Origin: an uncultured Nitrospiraceae bacterium
GTDB lineage: Bacteria; Nitrospirota; Nitrospiria; Nitrospirales; Nitrospiraceae
Assembly: GCA_963706325.1 (NCBI GenBank)
Contig: CAVPLT010000001.1
Location: 224,001 to 288,000, forward strand
Reading direction: 5' to 3'
DNA: 64,000 nucleotides
Positions 1 to 10,176 of the stretch are shown piece by piece. The notes below the pieces were generated by a model. The model did no database searches. It was not told the DNA's origin and worked only from the letters and a program-made list of their open reading frames with translations. The position numbers and the translations under genes are program-made. Each line of letters starts with the position of its first letter. The first letter of the stretch is position 1.

Positions 1-1086
1 CTACCCTGGTACCTCATCATGCTGAGCATTCACGGACAGCGGTACAGCACTTCGGCACAAGGCGATACAGTCGGCCGATTCTTCGGCGCCATGGAAGGCC
101 ACGGCGGCACGCTGCTCTTTTACGTGCCCGTCCTTTTGATCGGGTTTTTCCCCTGGAGCGGCTTGCTGCCCTTTGCCTGGTACCAGGCCTATCGAAGCTG
201 GCGGGACTCGAGACAGACGGGCGCACTCCCACCCGCTCACGCCTCAGTTCTCAGTGATCAACCGTCTCCCCATGCGCTCGAATGGTTTGCCGCGATCTGG
301 GTACTGGGAGGATTCGTTTTTTTCAGCCTCTCCTCCACACGTTTGCCGCATTACATCGGACCGTTGTTTCCCGCTGCGGCCATCTTGACCGCCTTATACT
401 GGAATCGCTGTGTCACCGACCATGCCGTACCAGGTATGCGTGCCGCAATCCACACCATGACGGCCGTGGGGTTTATTCTCGCCTTGGCATTCGCCTCGCT
501 GCCACCTCTGTACGCACGGTTCGCCGTGAAATTGATCAATGAATTCCCTCTGGCTGGACAGGTCACACTGGGTCCTGGGCCCTATACGATAGCCTCGATT
601 TTTCTGGTAGGAATGGGCCTCGTAGCCTACTTTGGCTTCAGCGAGACGAGACGGCCGGCTGCCTTCTGGGCCGCCGGAGGATCATTAGCCCTCGTGGTGC
701 TCGCCACCATTCAATTGACCTTTCCACTGGTCAATCATTTTGTCATCGAACCACCTCAGCGATTGGCGGATGTGGCCGGAGTCAACCTCGGTCCCAACGA
801 TCGGCTGATTCTGTACGGTCAACCACGGCCCTCGCTCGTATTTTATGCCAAGCGAAAAGCCATCGTCGTTCCTAAGAATGAAGAAGCCAACATCACGCCG
901 TACCTGACCCAACCGGGCCTGACCATGATTCTGCTGCCAAGCGCCTTGCGAAATCGGCTACCAGTCGAAACGATAGACTTTCCTGTATTGCTGGAACGGT
1001 ATGGGTACATCCTGCTCGCCAATCAATCGCTGATCCATGTTCCGGAACAGGCCGAGCAGCCACCGGTTCGTATTCCTGGGCACTGA
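1..1086 (+). CDS. ArnT/PMT-family (GT39-like) membrane glycosyltransferase, 5'-partial
   Basis: Frame open from base 1 (LPWYLIM...); multiple TM segments; FFPWS and STRLPHYIGP motifs typical of ArnT-like proteins. Confidence 0.8.
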   Translation, partial: LPWYLIMLSIHGQRYSTSAQGDTVGRFFGAMEGHGGTLLFYVPVLLIGFFPWSGLLPFAWYQAYRSWRDSRQTGALPPAHASVLSDQPSPHALEWFAAIWVLGGFVFFSLSSTRLPHYIGPLFPAAAILTALYWNRCVTDHAVPGMRAAIHTMTAVGFILALAFASLPPLYARFAVKLINEFPLAGQVTLGPGPYTIASIFLVGMGLVAYFGFSETRRPAAFWAAGGSLALVVLATIQLTFPLVNHFVIEPPQRLADVAGVNLGPNDRLILYGQPRPSLVFYAKRKAIVVPKNEEANITPYLTQPGLTMILLPSALRNRLPVETIDFPVLLERYGYILLANQSLIHVPEQAEQPPVRIPGH

Positions 1087-1161
1087 CAGGATATCGCTTC
1101 GGCTCCGAGACATGAGCCGTGTGCACTGGCGTGGCGCTCTATATTCGTTGCGCCGTGCGGC

Positions 1162-2256
1162 TCACTGCAGTGGCACGAGTCCTTTCAGCGCCTGGATCCC
1201 CCATATCGCGGCGATGGTTCCCACTACGTAGAGGCTGTCATAGACCCGGGCAAGCCGAGTCGTCTGAGACAGCGCCCTGGTCTCGGCGGCACCGCCCCCT
1301 CTCGACAGGCAGACCAGAGCCGTTAACCCAATGAGAACCGGCGCACTGGTTGCGATACCCAACCCCAGCCCTATCACGTTTTCCGAGGTGATGACGCTTG
1401 TGTCGACAACACCTGTCGCCGAAGCCCGATCCCGTCCCGCCCGCAACACCAGACCAGCGGCCACGATGACCACGCCGGACGTGAACAGAATGCCGTCCGT
1501 CATCGCATCGACAATTCGATGGGTTGTCACCCAGAACAAGCCTGTGATGAGCACTGTGATCGGCGCGATACGCACGAGGGCCTGGGCACATGATCGCCCC
1601 CACCATCGCAGCGGACCATTGAAGATCGATCCCACCACAAAACCTGTCACCATCCCGGCGACCACATCGCTGGGAAAGTGAGACCCTCTCCAAATTCGGC
1701 TGGCGCCCACCCATGCGGCCACAGCAAACGGCACCCATTGCAACCGAGGCAGCGCTCGGGCAAACACTGTCACGACGGCCACGCTCGCCGAGGTATGGCC
1801 GGACGGAAACGAATCCAACCCGGAGTCCAACGATGGCCACCACTGCCATCCTCCGGAATGGGTTAGACGAGGTCGCGGTCTGCCGATGACGTGCTTCAAC
1901 CCGTTGACGACCAGCGCTACCACGCCATGCGCGAGCAAACTATCCCATCCCAAGTGAGTGAGCGACCGGCGCTTCAGGTACAGACCCGCTCCCAAAACAA
2001 GCAGGCTGAACGTGATAAGCGTGCTGCCGTGGCCGAGTGTCTCACCCACATCGCCGAGTGCTTGGAGAGAAGAGAGATTGTGCGACCGGAGAAACCACAG
2101 GATGGGAATATCGACTTGGAGGAGAGCGGCGAACGACCCGATCAACGCGAGCGCGGAAAACACCACCGCCGGTGCGTGGGGGCGACCCGGTGGCGGCTCT
2201 GGCGGCGCCATCTGCGGCACAGCCAGCCCGTCACTCGGTTCATTCATGGCTCCCAA
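1162..2256 (-). CDS. PAP2-family membrane phosphatase with extra C-terminal TM helices
   Basis: All three PAP2 motifs present: KHVIGRPRP, SFPSGH, SRIWRGSHFPSD. Confidence 0.88.
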   Translation of the reverse strand: MGAMNEPSDGLAVPQMAPPEPPPGRPHAPAVVFSALALIGSFAALLQVDIPILWFLRSHNLSSLQALGDVGETLGHGSTLITFSLLVLGAGLYLKRRSLTHLGWDSLLAHGVVALVVNGLKHVIGRPRPRLTHSGGWQWWPSLDSGLDSFPSGHTSASVAVVTVFARALPRLQWVPFAVAAWVGASRIWRGSHFPSDVVAGMVTGFVVGSIFNGPLRWWGRSCAQALVRIAPITVLITGLFWVTTHRIVDAMTDGILFTSGVVIVAAGLVLRAGRDRASATGVVDTSVITSENVIGLGLGIATSAPVLIGLTALVCLSRGGGAAETRALSQTTRLARVYDSLYVVGTIAAIWGIQALKGLVPLQ

Positions 2257-3374
2257 TCGGCGAGAAACACGTTAAACTCTCCCCGCTCCTTCGCCCCTCG
2301 ATCGGATACCCAGACGAGGCGTTTTCCGTCGGGGGAGAACATAGGGAAACTGTTGAATTGTCCATCGAACGTCAGCCGTTCCAGAGCGGCCCCATCTTCA
2401 TTGACGAGGTACAGATGAAACGCCGGCCGCCCCGATTCATTCCGCGTCTCTACATTCGACGAGAAGATGAGGCGATGTCCATCAGGATGGAAGTAGGGAG
2501 AAAAGTTCGAGGCGCCGTTGTGCGTGACTTGCTGCTTATTGGACCCGTCGGCATTCATGATGAAGAGTTCCAGTTGACCGGGCTCCACCAGGTTTTGACC
2601 CAGGAGAGCTTTGTACTGTTCGACTTCCTCGGGGTTGGTCGGATGCTGCGCGCGATACACGATGCGTTTGCTGTCGGGTGAAAAGAACGGCCCGCCGTCG
2701 TAGCCAACCTCCTGCGTCAGCCGGCGTGGATGGGTACCATCTAAATCCATCGCATAGATATCCAAATCACCGTCACGCATCGAGGTCCACACAATGGTCT
2801 TGCCGTTAGGAGAGACCGTCGCTTCGGCGTCGTACCCCGGGGTGTTCGTCAGCCGTTGTGGATCCTGCCCGTCGATCCGAACGGAGAAAAGATCGTAGTC
2901 GTCAAGCGCCCAGCGATAGGCTCCGTCCCGCTTTGGCTTGGGAGGGCAATTGGGCCCTCTCAGATGGGTAGACGAATACATCACTCGTCGATCGCCGGGA
3001 AAAAAATATCCGCAGGTCGTGGTCCCCACGCCGGTGCTGACCATACGAATCGTATCGCTCCCCAGATCCATGACGTACATTTGGTAACAACCGAGCGGCT
3101 GGTCGCCTGGTTTCATGGCTGCGGCATACGTATCCTTCATCCAATTGTTGGTGGACTGAAAGATCAGCTTGTCCCCGCTGAACGAAAAATAGGCCTCTGC
3201 ATTTTGTCGTCCGAAAGTGAGTTGCTTAATGTTCGCAAGGTGCCGCTCAGCCGATGCCGTGGGTTTCACCGGCGCTGGATCCGGTTTGGGCGAAGCCTCA
3301 CTTCCCGAGGTCGTCAGGACAATTCCCCACAGAAGTCCCACCATCCCCACGATCAACCGATTAGTCTGCTTCAA
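2244..3374 (-). CDS. Exported TolB-like / PD40 beta-propeller protein
   Basis: Signal peptide; repeated FSPDGKR / VSPNGKT / FHPDGHR blades. Confidence 0.85.
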   Translation of the reverse strand: MKQTNRLIVGMVGLLWGIVLTTSGSEASPKPDPAPVKPTASAERHLANIKQLTFGRQNAEAYFSFSGDKLIFQSTNNWMKDTYAAAMKPGDQPLGCYQMYVMDLGSDTIRMVSTGVGTTTCGYFFPGDRRVMYSSTHLRGPNCPPKPKRDGAYRWALDDYDLFSVRIDGQDPQRLTNTPGYDAEATVSPNGKTIVWTSMRDGDLDIYAMDLDGTHPRRLTQEVGYDGGPFFSPDSKRIVYRAQHPTNPEEVEQYKALLGQNLVEPGQLELFIMNADGSNKQQVTHNGASNFSPYFHPDGHRLIFSSNVETRNESGRPAFHLYLVNEDGAALERLTFDGQFNSFPMFSPDGKRLVWVSDRGAKERGEFNVFLADWEP

Positions 3375-5553
3375 ATTGCACCTCTGTACTCATCCTATCC
3401 TCCCAATCTCCCCGTGCAGTGACCGCTCCTTCCTGAAAAACCACATAACTTTGCCATCCATAGAAAAATAAGAGCCGGGCGACTCGACTCAGCGCTTGCG
3501 GCGTCACTCCGTACAGGAAGGTGACGACGCTACCTGGGTAATCGTCTCGACGGCAGGACGCCAACAGCGCCATAGTGGGGCCTTCAAACATTCGGCTTTC
3601 CACAGAAAATCCATTATCGGTGAGCCTCAGATGATCGACACAGTATCGCAAGGCCTGCAACGAAGCCGGGTTCTCGCGAGGATTACCCAATACCAGAATC
3701 GATCCTTCGGGCAGCTGGGAGTCTTTCGCTCCTGGCTGCCAGACAATGGTACGCCGGGCGCTAGGCTTCGCCTCCTCCTGAGCAACAATACTTTGGACAA
3801 TGACGTCGAACGGAACAGGCTGGTCAGATGGAGCGTCATAAGCGCGGACGACTGTCCGCTTTGCATCCGTTACATAGAGGTTCAACATGGGAGTCATGTC
3901 GCTCCGAGCCACCCGGCGAAACAGATGATAATCCGGATCTAGCCGGACAGCCAGCGGCCGCTCAGTCAGAGGCACAATCACCTCTTGTTGCGTGCCGACC
4001 ATCTGGATACGGACAGGCTGGGAGCGGCCCCCGTCCAAGACAAACTCTAGATCGACCGGAACTCGATACGGTACTCCTCGTTGAGCAACATGCAAGACCG
4101 CCTCAATCGATCCTGCTTGCCCCGACATTCCATGAATCGGTTGCACGCGTAACCGAGATAATTCAACATCAGGCGCACCCGCGCGTTCGACCCATTGGGC
4201 AAAGAACCAGCGCAAGTCACGCCCGGCCGCTCCTTGGAAAACTTGTTCCAAATCCTTCCAGTCGGCGACCGCACCACGATAGTGTTCTGAAAGTTTCTTC
4301 AGCCCCCTCCAGAAAGCTGCCTCTCCGATTTCCTGCCTGAGCAGATGAAACACCATGGCAGATTTTTGATAGCCGATGGCATTGTCTTTTTCGTCACGCT
4401 TCTGAACAAATTGCCCCACCGGATAGTCATCGTCCAGGCCCACGTAGACGGAATAACCCAGGAGCATCAGTCGCCGCTGTTCGCGGGCCTGTGCTTCGTC
4501 GCCGGTCAGTTCATGATAGTAGTAGTTTGACAAGTAGGTGGTCAGACCTTCGACCCAATTGCCTTGGCTCACCCGATTAAAGACACCGTTACCGATCCAG
4601 GAATGCACGATTTCGTGTCCCAACGCATAGGGCTGGATGTAGTGGCGCTTGATGACTCCACTCCCGAGCAGCGTAAACGACGGCATTCCCAATCCGCTCG
4701 GAAAAAAATTCTCCACGACGGCAAATTGTGAAAACGGATAGGGGCCAAGGAGTGGAATATACGCATCTAGGTATCGGGCCGACGCATCGAGGTATTCATC
4801 GGCAAGTGCGGCCTCTTCGGAAAACAGGTACGTCGCCAACTGAATTTCCTGACCGGACTTGGCCTGCCAAGCCCGAGTCTTCACCACAAAGCGGTTGGCT
4901 ACCACCGTCAATGCCTCGCTCTTTGAGGAGACAACCCATCGTGCGGGATCAGTCTGCTGGGTTCCCTGCGTCACGGCGACCCACCCGCTCGGGACGGTGA
5001 GCGTCACATCAAAGGTAGCCAACGACTCTTCGAGGTCCGGGTACCATTGGCTCTCGCTGCTGAGATAGACGCCCTCCGGGCCGATGTGACCGGAGGTCTC
5101 ACTGGGCGTGACAAAACGGAGTTGCCGAGGATCTCGCGGTGGATCATCGATCACTCCTCGGTAGATAAATTTCAGTCGTACAGATCCATCAGCCGGATTG
5201 CCAGAAGGCTGCAGCACGATGATGCGCTGAACTTCCGGCCGATCAGATAATCCATTTCTCCCAAACGCGACGGACGCGGCAGAGTCACAGCTGTTCTGAC
5301 AGGCCGTTACATTTTCGATTCGTTCGAGACGAAGGGTCGGCGCAAGTGAAAAAGCCAATTCCTGGCCGGAAGTTCCTCCGGCAAGGGTGACTTGATCTGT
5401 CGCTACAAGTTGATGGGAGTCCGGGAACAACTCCAGGGCGAGCTGATGATGCGTGATCGTCGGAGAGCGAGCACCAGGCTCAGCGACTGCAAGAGCAGGA
5501 AGCAGAAGGACCGCAAGCAGACTGACACGGATGAGGCGATGCAAACAATTCAC
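3361..5553 (-). CDS. Exported M1-family (gluzincin) zinc metallopeptidase
   Basis: Signal peptide; HEIVHSW...NWVEGLTTY zinc motif; Y-x-K-S-A-M-V-F-H motif. Confidence 0.85.
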   Translation of the reverse strand: MNCLHRLIRVSLLAVLLLPALAVAEPGARSPTITHHQLALELFPDSHQLVATDQVTLAGGTSGQELAFSLAPTLRLERIENVTACQNSCDSAASVAFGRNGLSDRPEVQRIIVLQPSGNPADGSVRLKFIYRGVIDDPPRDPRQLRFVTPSETSGHIGPEGVYLSSESQWYPDLEESLATFDVTLTVPSGWVAVTQGTQQTDPARWVVSSKSEALTVVANRFVVKTRAWQAKSGQEIQLATYLFSEEAALADEYLDASARYLDAYIPLLGPYPFSQFAVVENFFPSGLGMPSFTLLGSGVIKRHYIQPYALGHEIVHSWIGNGVFNRVSQGNWVEGLTTYLSNYYYHELTGDEAQAREQRRLMLLGYSVYVGLDDDYPVGQFVQKRDEKDNAIGYQKSAMVFHLLRQEIGEAAFWRGLKKLSEHYRGAVADWKDLEQVFQGAAGRDLRWFFAQWVERAGAPDVELSRLRVQPIHGMSGQAGSIEAVLHVAQRGVPYRVPVDLEFVLDGGRSQPVRIQMVGTQQEVIVPLTERPLAVRLDPDYHLFRRVARSDMTPMLNLYVTDAKRTVVRAYDAPSDQPVPFDVIVQSIVAQEEAKPSARRTIVWQPGAKDSQLPEGSILVLGNPRENPASLQALRYCVDHLRLTDNGFSVESRMFEGPTMALLASCRRDDYPGSVVTFLYGVTPQALSRVARLLFFYGWQSYVVFQEGAVTARGDWEDRMSTEVQFEAD

Positions 5554-5586
5554 CCTTCACCGACACCCCGAGGTTGACGGCGAAGA

Positions 5587-6375
5587 TTAACATTCCCGGC
5601 AGACCATCACAAGCTGGACAGCCATCAACGCCCGTTCCAAATCAAGAGGCTTGTCCAGCACTTCTTGCGGACCCAATGCCCAGGCATCAGCCAGCAATGT
5701 GTCGTTATGATGGCCGCTCAAGATGATCGTTCGTCCGGCATAATCTCGTTCCCTGAGAGCCTGCAACACTTCCACACCATTCATCTCCGGCATGACGAGG
5801 TCCAGGATCAAAAGATCAGGAGGCGATTCTGAAATAAGACGCAGTGCTTCGCGACCATCGTTTGCCGGGCGGACGTGGTACCCACGCAAGGTGAGAAAAC
5901 GGACCAGGAGATCGCGCGCCATGACGTCATCATCCACTACAACGATCTGCTCCTTGGAAACCTGATCAACTTCTTCTGTGGGCCGGCCCTGTACAGATGA
6001 ACGCTGTCGCCTCGCCTGCTGTGCGACCCGATGCACCGCGCCAATAAGCACATCCAGAGACAGCCCCTTTCGTAGAAAATCCGTCACACGCAGTTCACGA
6101 GCCTGATTCTCCTGGTCCTCAGTCACCCCGCCCCCAAGGATGATGACCCCAGCGCAAGGATCGAGCGTCCGGATTTCCTTCAGCACCGCTAGCCCATCCA
6201 TTTCGGGCATGCGCAAATCGATCAGCGTCACTAGCGGACTAAGTTGCCGAAACAGCGCTATTCCTGTTCGTCCACTGGTGGCTGTGCTGACCTGATAGCC
6301 TTGCCGAGCCAAGGCTACCTCCAGCAAGTCACAGTGGAGTCGGTCGTCGTCGATGACCAGCAAGGTGCCCATCAT
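5587..6375 (-). CDS. Response regulator with two receiver domains and no output domain
   Basis: LLVIDDD...LIDLRMP and IVVVDDD...ILDLVMP...LDKP; GAGGAG RBS before the ATG at 6375. Confidence 0.85.
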   Translation of the reverse strand: MMGTLLVIDDDRLHCDLLEVALARQGYQVSTATSGRTGIALFRQLSPLVTLIDLRMPEMDGLAVLKEIRTLDPCAGVIILGGGVTEDQENQARELRVTDFLRKGLSLDVLIGAVHRVAQQARRQRSSVQGRPTEEVDQVSKEQIVVVDDDVMARDLLVRFLTLRGYHVRPANDGREALRLISESPPDLLILDLVMPEMNGVEVLQALRERDYAGRTIILSGHHNDTLLADAWALGPQEVLDKPLDLERALMAVQLVMVCREC

Positions 6376-6529
6376 TTCTCCTCGATTGTTCACGCGCGGT
6401 CGCCCCATGAGGCTGAGTAACCGGACAGGACTACACACGAAAGCAAGCCTAGCATAGGCCTGCAGAGATGAGAAGAAATTGCACGAAAGCATGGGCAACG
6501 AAGCCGTGGAGATGGACACTTACGAGCAG

Positions 6530-7447
6530 TTAGAACAAGGCATCGACAAACGCCTTGGCGTCAAAGTCTTGCAGATCCTCGACAGATTCTCCCACTCCGA
6601 TCAGCCGAACCGGAATTTTAAAGGTATCCGCGATCGCGACCACGATGCCGCCGCGCGCCGTTCCGTCAAGCTTGGTGAGGGCAATTCCCGTCACGCCGAC
6701 CGCTTCGTGGAACTGCCTCGCTTGGGCAATGGCATTCTGACCGACCGTCGCATCCAGCACTAATAGTACTTCATGGGGAGCGCCCTGGCACTCTTGCGCG
6801 ACGACGCGTTTAATCTTCCGCAGCTCTTCCATAAGATTGGTTTTGGTATGCAGCCGCCCAGCCGTATCAATGAGCACTACGTCGGACCCACGCGCTTTCG
6901 CAGCCGTCATTCCGTCGTAGGCGACGGCGGCCGGATCGGCGCCAGGTCGATGCCGAATCACATCAACATGGATGCGATCCGCCCATACCTGCAATTGATC
7001 GATCGCCGCCGCCCGAAAGGTATCGCCGGCGACGAGCAAGGACGTTTTCCCCTCTTGGCAAAAGCGCTGAGTAAGCTTTGCAATCGTCGTCGTCTTGCCC
7101 ACGCCATTCACGCCCACGGCCAAGATGACAAACGGCCGCGGCCCCTGCGACACTAATTGATTCATCGAAGCGGATTGTGTCGGCAGAAGAATATCGAGGA
7201 CGGATTGCCGCAAGAGGTCCCGGACTTTGTCGGCGGATGAGAAATTGCCACCTCGCATCTGGGCTCGCAGCTGCTCCATGACACGCTCTACAACCGGCAG
7301 GCCCAGATCCGCACTGATCAAAGCCACCTCTAGTTCGTCGAGCAGCGCAGGATCGGCCGCGCGCCCCAGGAATCGGTCCAATTGTCCCGTCACTGCATCG
7401 CGTGTTTTGGAAAGTCCGGCGCTCAGCTTCTGAAACCAGCCCACCAC
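6530..7447 (-). CDS. ftsY: Signal recognition particle receptor FtsY
   Basis: GVNGVGKTTT, DTFRAAA, DTAGRLH, TKLDGTARGG. Confidence 0.97.
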   Translation of the reverse strand: MVGWFQKLSAGLSKTRDAVTGQLDRFLGRAADPALLDELEVALISADLGLPVVERVMEQLRAQMRGGNFSSADKVRDLLRQSVLDILLPTQSASMNQLVSQGPRPFVILAVGVNGVGKTTTIAKLTQRFCQEGKTSLLVAGDTFRAAAIDQLQVWADRIHVDVIRHRPGADPAAVAYDGMTAAKARGSDVVLIDTAGRLHTKTNLMEELRKIKRVVAQECQGAPHEVLLVLDATVGQNAIAQARQFHEAVGVTGIALTKLDGTARGGIVVAIADTFKIPVRLIGVGESVEDLQDFDAKAFVDALF

Positions 7448-7501
7448 TCACCTCATCTTCTCTCTTGCAGGACATGATCGAGGTTAAAAACCGATTCGAT
7501 A

Positions 7502-7990
7502 TCATACTCGATCAGAATCGCGCGACACCAACAGTTGCGGAATTGCACCTATACGATGGAGCAGCGCTCGCTCACGCCTGACCATCCGTCGAGCTTCACC
7601 CGGGCCTCTTTCATGGTCGTACCCACACAAATGCAGCACGCCGTGAATAAGCAACATGACCAGCTCATGATCAACATCCTGCTCATGTTCACGCGCTTGT
7701 CGGATGGCCTGAGGTAAGGAAATGACGATGTCACCAAGTAAGAGAGACGACGGTCCAGGGCCCTCTCGCGTCGCAAAGGCCAGCACATCCGTGGTTTTAT
7801 CTCGGCGACGAAAGGTTCGATTCAATCGGCGCATGCGACCATCGCCCACGATTTCGAGGCTGAGAAGCGCCTCGGCTTCACCGACAGCTTGGAGAACATG
7901 GGTTGCGATTCTTTTTAGGCTGGCGAGGCGAAGCTGCCAACTCGTCAACCGCATGCCGACCACCACGGGCATTAGTGCGATTGGCCCCAC
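7502..7990 (-). CDS. ybeY: rRNA maturation RNase YbeY (start uncertain)
   Basis: TDVLAF, LGDIVI, HGVLHLCGYDH; next to phoH. Confidence 0.95.
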   Translation of the reverse strand: MGPIALMPVVVGMRLTSWQLRLASLKRIATHVLQAVGEAEALLSLEIVGDGRMRRLNRTFRRRDKTTDVLAFATREGPGPSSLLLGDIVISLPQAIRQAREHEQDVDHELVMLLIHGVLHLCGYDHERGPGEARRMVRRERALLHRIGAIPQLLVSRDSDRV

Positions 7991-9060
7991 GGGCCTGACG
8001 AGGGAGGGATGGGACGAGCAGTTTTGGGATCCGAATGCTGGCCTTTCGCCTGAACCTGCGTCTTCCGGGGCTGAGCAGAGTTCAGAGAGCCGCTGGTATG
8101 ACGGTCGTACGCCTTAACGATTTCCTGGACGAGACGATGACGCACGACATCTCGCTCATCGAAATATACAAATTCAATTCCCGCGATGTCCTGAAGGATC
8201 TCGCGCACCTCGATGAGTCCCGACACACGATCAGACGGTAGGTCTATCTGAGTAATGTCCCCCGTTACGACAGCTTTCGAGTGGAAACCCAATCGCGTCA
8301 GAAACATTTTCATTTGCTCGGCAGTGGCATTTTGAGCTTCGTCCAAAATCACGAACGAATCATTGAGGGTGCGGCCTCGCATGAACGCCAGCGGCGCAAT
8401 CTCAATATCTCCTCGTTCGATTAGCCGATTGGCCCGTTCCATATCCATCATATCGAATAAGGCATCGTATAGCGGCCGGAGATAGGGGTTGACCTTGGCG
8501 TACATGTCTCCAGGCAGGTATCCCAGCTTTTCCCCAGCCTCGACAGCCGGACGAGCAAGAATAATCCGGCTGACATCCTTCTTCATCAGCGCGCTCACCG
8601 CCATGGCCATGGCTAAGTACGTCTTACCTGTTCCGGCCGGACCAATACCGAGTACAATGTCGTGTTTTTCGATGGCGTCTAGGTAGTACTTCTGAGTCGG
8701 AGTTTTCGGAACAATGAACCGCTTTTTGGTGACGATCGGGGAAGCACTGAAGAGCAGCTCCTTCAGAGAGGCCTCCTGATTGTGACGCAGTGCGGTCAGC
8801 GCATGGGTGACATCGTCCGGCCTAAGGTCATACCCTTCGTTCGTCAGGGAAGCGAGTTCATTGAGCACCCGTTCCGCCTGCCTTACGCTATCAGGCGTAC
8901 CTTCCACCGTCACTTCTTCTCCCCGCGCCGAAAACCGTACTCCGAACTCTTCCTCGATCAGCTTAAGGTGGCGATCGTGATGGCCGAAGAGGACTGCGGT
9001 GTTTGTGCCTTCCCGTAATTTGATCTTGCGCACGCCGGTGTCAAATTCTCCTTTCGTCAA
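7972..9060 (-). CDS. phoH: PhoH-family ATPase (YbeZ-like; start uncertain)
   Basis: GPAGTGKT, RPAVEAGEKLGYLPG, LAFMRGRT, DEAQN. Confidence 0.95.
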   Translation of the reverse strand: MTKGEFDTGVRKIKLREGTNTAVLFGHHDRHLKLIEEEFGVRFSARGEEVTVEGTPDSVRQAERVLNELASLTNEGYDLRPDDVTHALTALRHNQEASLKELLFSASPIVTKKRFIVPKTPTQKYYLDAIEKHDIVLGIGPAGTGKTYLAMAMAVSALMKKDVSRIILARPAVEAGEKLGYLPGDMYAKVNPYLRPLYDALFDMMDMERANRLIERGDIEIAPLAFMRGRTLNDSFVILDEAQNATAEQMKMFLTRLGFHSKAVVTGDITQIDLPSDRVSGLIEVREILQDIAGIEFVYFDERDVVRHRLVQEIVKAYDRHTSGSLNSAQPRKTQVQAKGQHSDPKTARPIPPSSGPWGQSH

Positions 9061-9150
9061 GACGATAGTGAGATTCTAACAAACCGGGAAAGCTCGGAAC
9101 AAGATCGTCGAGGAAAGATTGAAAATAAATCGGAAAGGGTGTTGAACAGG

Positions 9151-10176
9151 CTACCCTTGAGACAGCGGAGAGGCCGAGGATTGAGCGGTAGAGGGAATCG
9201 AGACTTCGAATTCCTGCCACGCCATACCTCCCTGGCCATCATCCGCCATGACCTTGACGCGATGGGTCCCAGCCAAGCCCGGATTCACCAGCCAGCTTAA
9301 TAGCCCCGTGACTCTGTCGATTGTCATTCCAGGTGGGGCCGTCTCTAACCTAAAGCTGACTGTATCTCCATCCACATCCTTAGCTTGAACCACATATTCA
9401 TACTGCACTCTGTTGGTGAGTGCCGGCGGGTTTGACACAATCTGTGGCGAGGAATTGCCCAACACGATCGGCGCTGAGCGAAGCGGGAGGCCTGACGTCT
9501 CCTGGTCCCGCGCGATTACTTCGACAGCTACAATATCCTTTCGATTAAACCCCATAGTGTCAAGACCGCTTTCCTCCCCTTCCTTCACCTGTTTGTCATT
9601 ACGCCACCAGCGATAGGTGAAATGAATCTCATCCCGATCTGGATCGAGAGCCTCGACTCTGGCGAAGACCCGGTTGCCTTTCTCAGCGGCGTCTGCCTCG
9701 ATCGTGACGTGAGAGACAAGAGGCGGAGTATTCACCACGACGACCGGCTCCGTGCGGTAGAGAGCACTCTCTGCTTGACCATCCGACGCGATGACCTCGA
9801 GCGCAATCTGGTCGCCTCGCTTGACATGATCCGGTCCCAGTTCGAAGCCAGTCGCTCCCAGAACCGGAGCGCCATTTATGATCCACTGAAATCGCTTGGT
9901 AGGTTCAGTCCCATCCGGATCATCGGCCGCGACATGTGCGGTTATCGGCCCTGCCAATGTCAACGGAGCAGGAACAATAGTGACAAGGCGAACTGTGGGT
10001 GGGCGATTATCCTTGGTGGCGCCCCCAGCTACCGACCCGTCCTGGGGGGAGGATGAACAACCCCCGCATGCAACAATCGTTAGGACCACTGTCACGAGAA
10101 GAGACACCTGAGGGAGGTTGAGAGAATTACATTCTCTCAACCTCCCACCTGCTGCTATCCACAAAGCTGTCCTCAT
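9151..10176 (-). CDS. Putative membrane-anchored or lipoprotein with tandem Ig/cadherin-like domains
   Basis: Hydrophobic segment ending IVACGGC; three repeats starting NRPP/NTPP/NSSP with D-x-D-G/R-D motifs; PPGMTID...GLLSW; ATG overlaps the pilY1 stop (ATGA). Confidence 0.7.
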   Translation of the reverse strand: MRTALWIAAGGRLRECNSLNLPQVSLLVTVVLTIVACGGCSSSPQDGSVAGGATKDNRPPTVRLVTIVPAPLTLAGPITAHVAADDPDGTEPTKRFQWIINGAPVLGATGFELGPDHVKRGDQIALEVIASDGQAESALYRTEPVVVVNTPPLVSHVTIEADAAEKGNRVFARVEALDPDRDEIHFTYRWWRNDKQVKEGEESGLDTMGFNRKDIVAVEVIARDQETSGLPLRSAPIVLGNSSPQIVSNPPALTNRVQYEYVVQAKDVDGDTVSFRLETAPPGMTIDRVTGLLSWLVNPGLAGTHRVKVMADDGQGGMAWQEFEVSIPSTAQSSASPLSQG

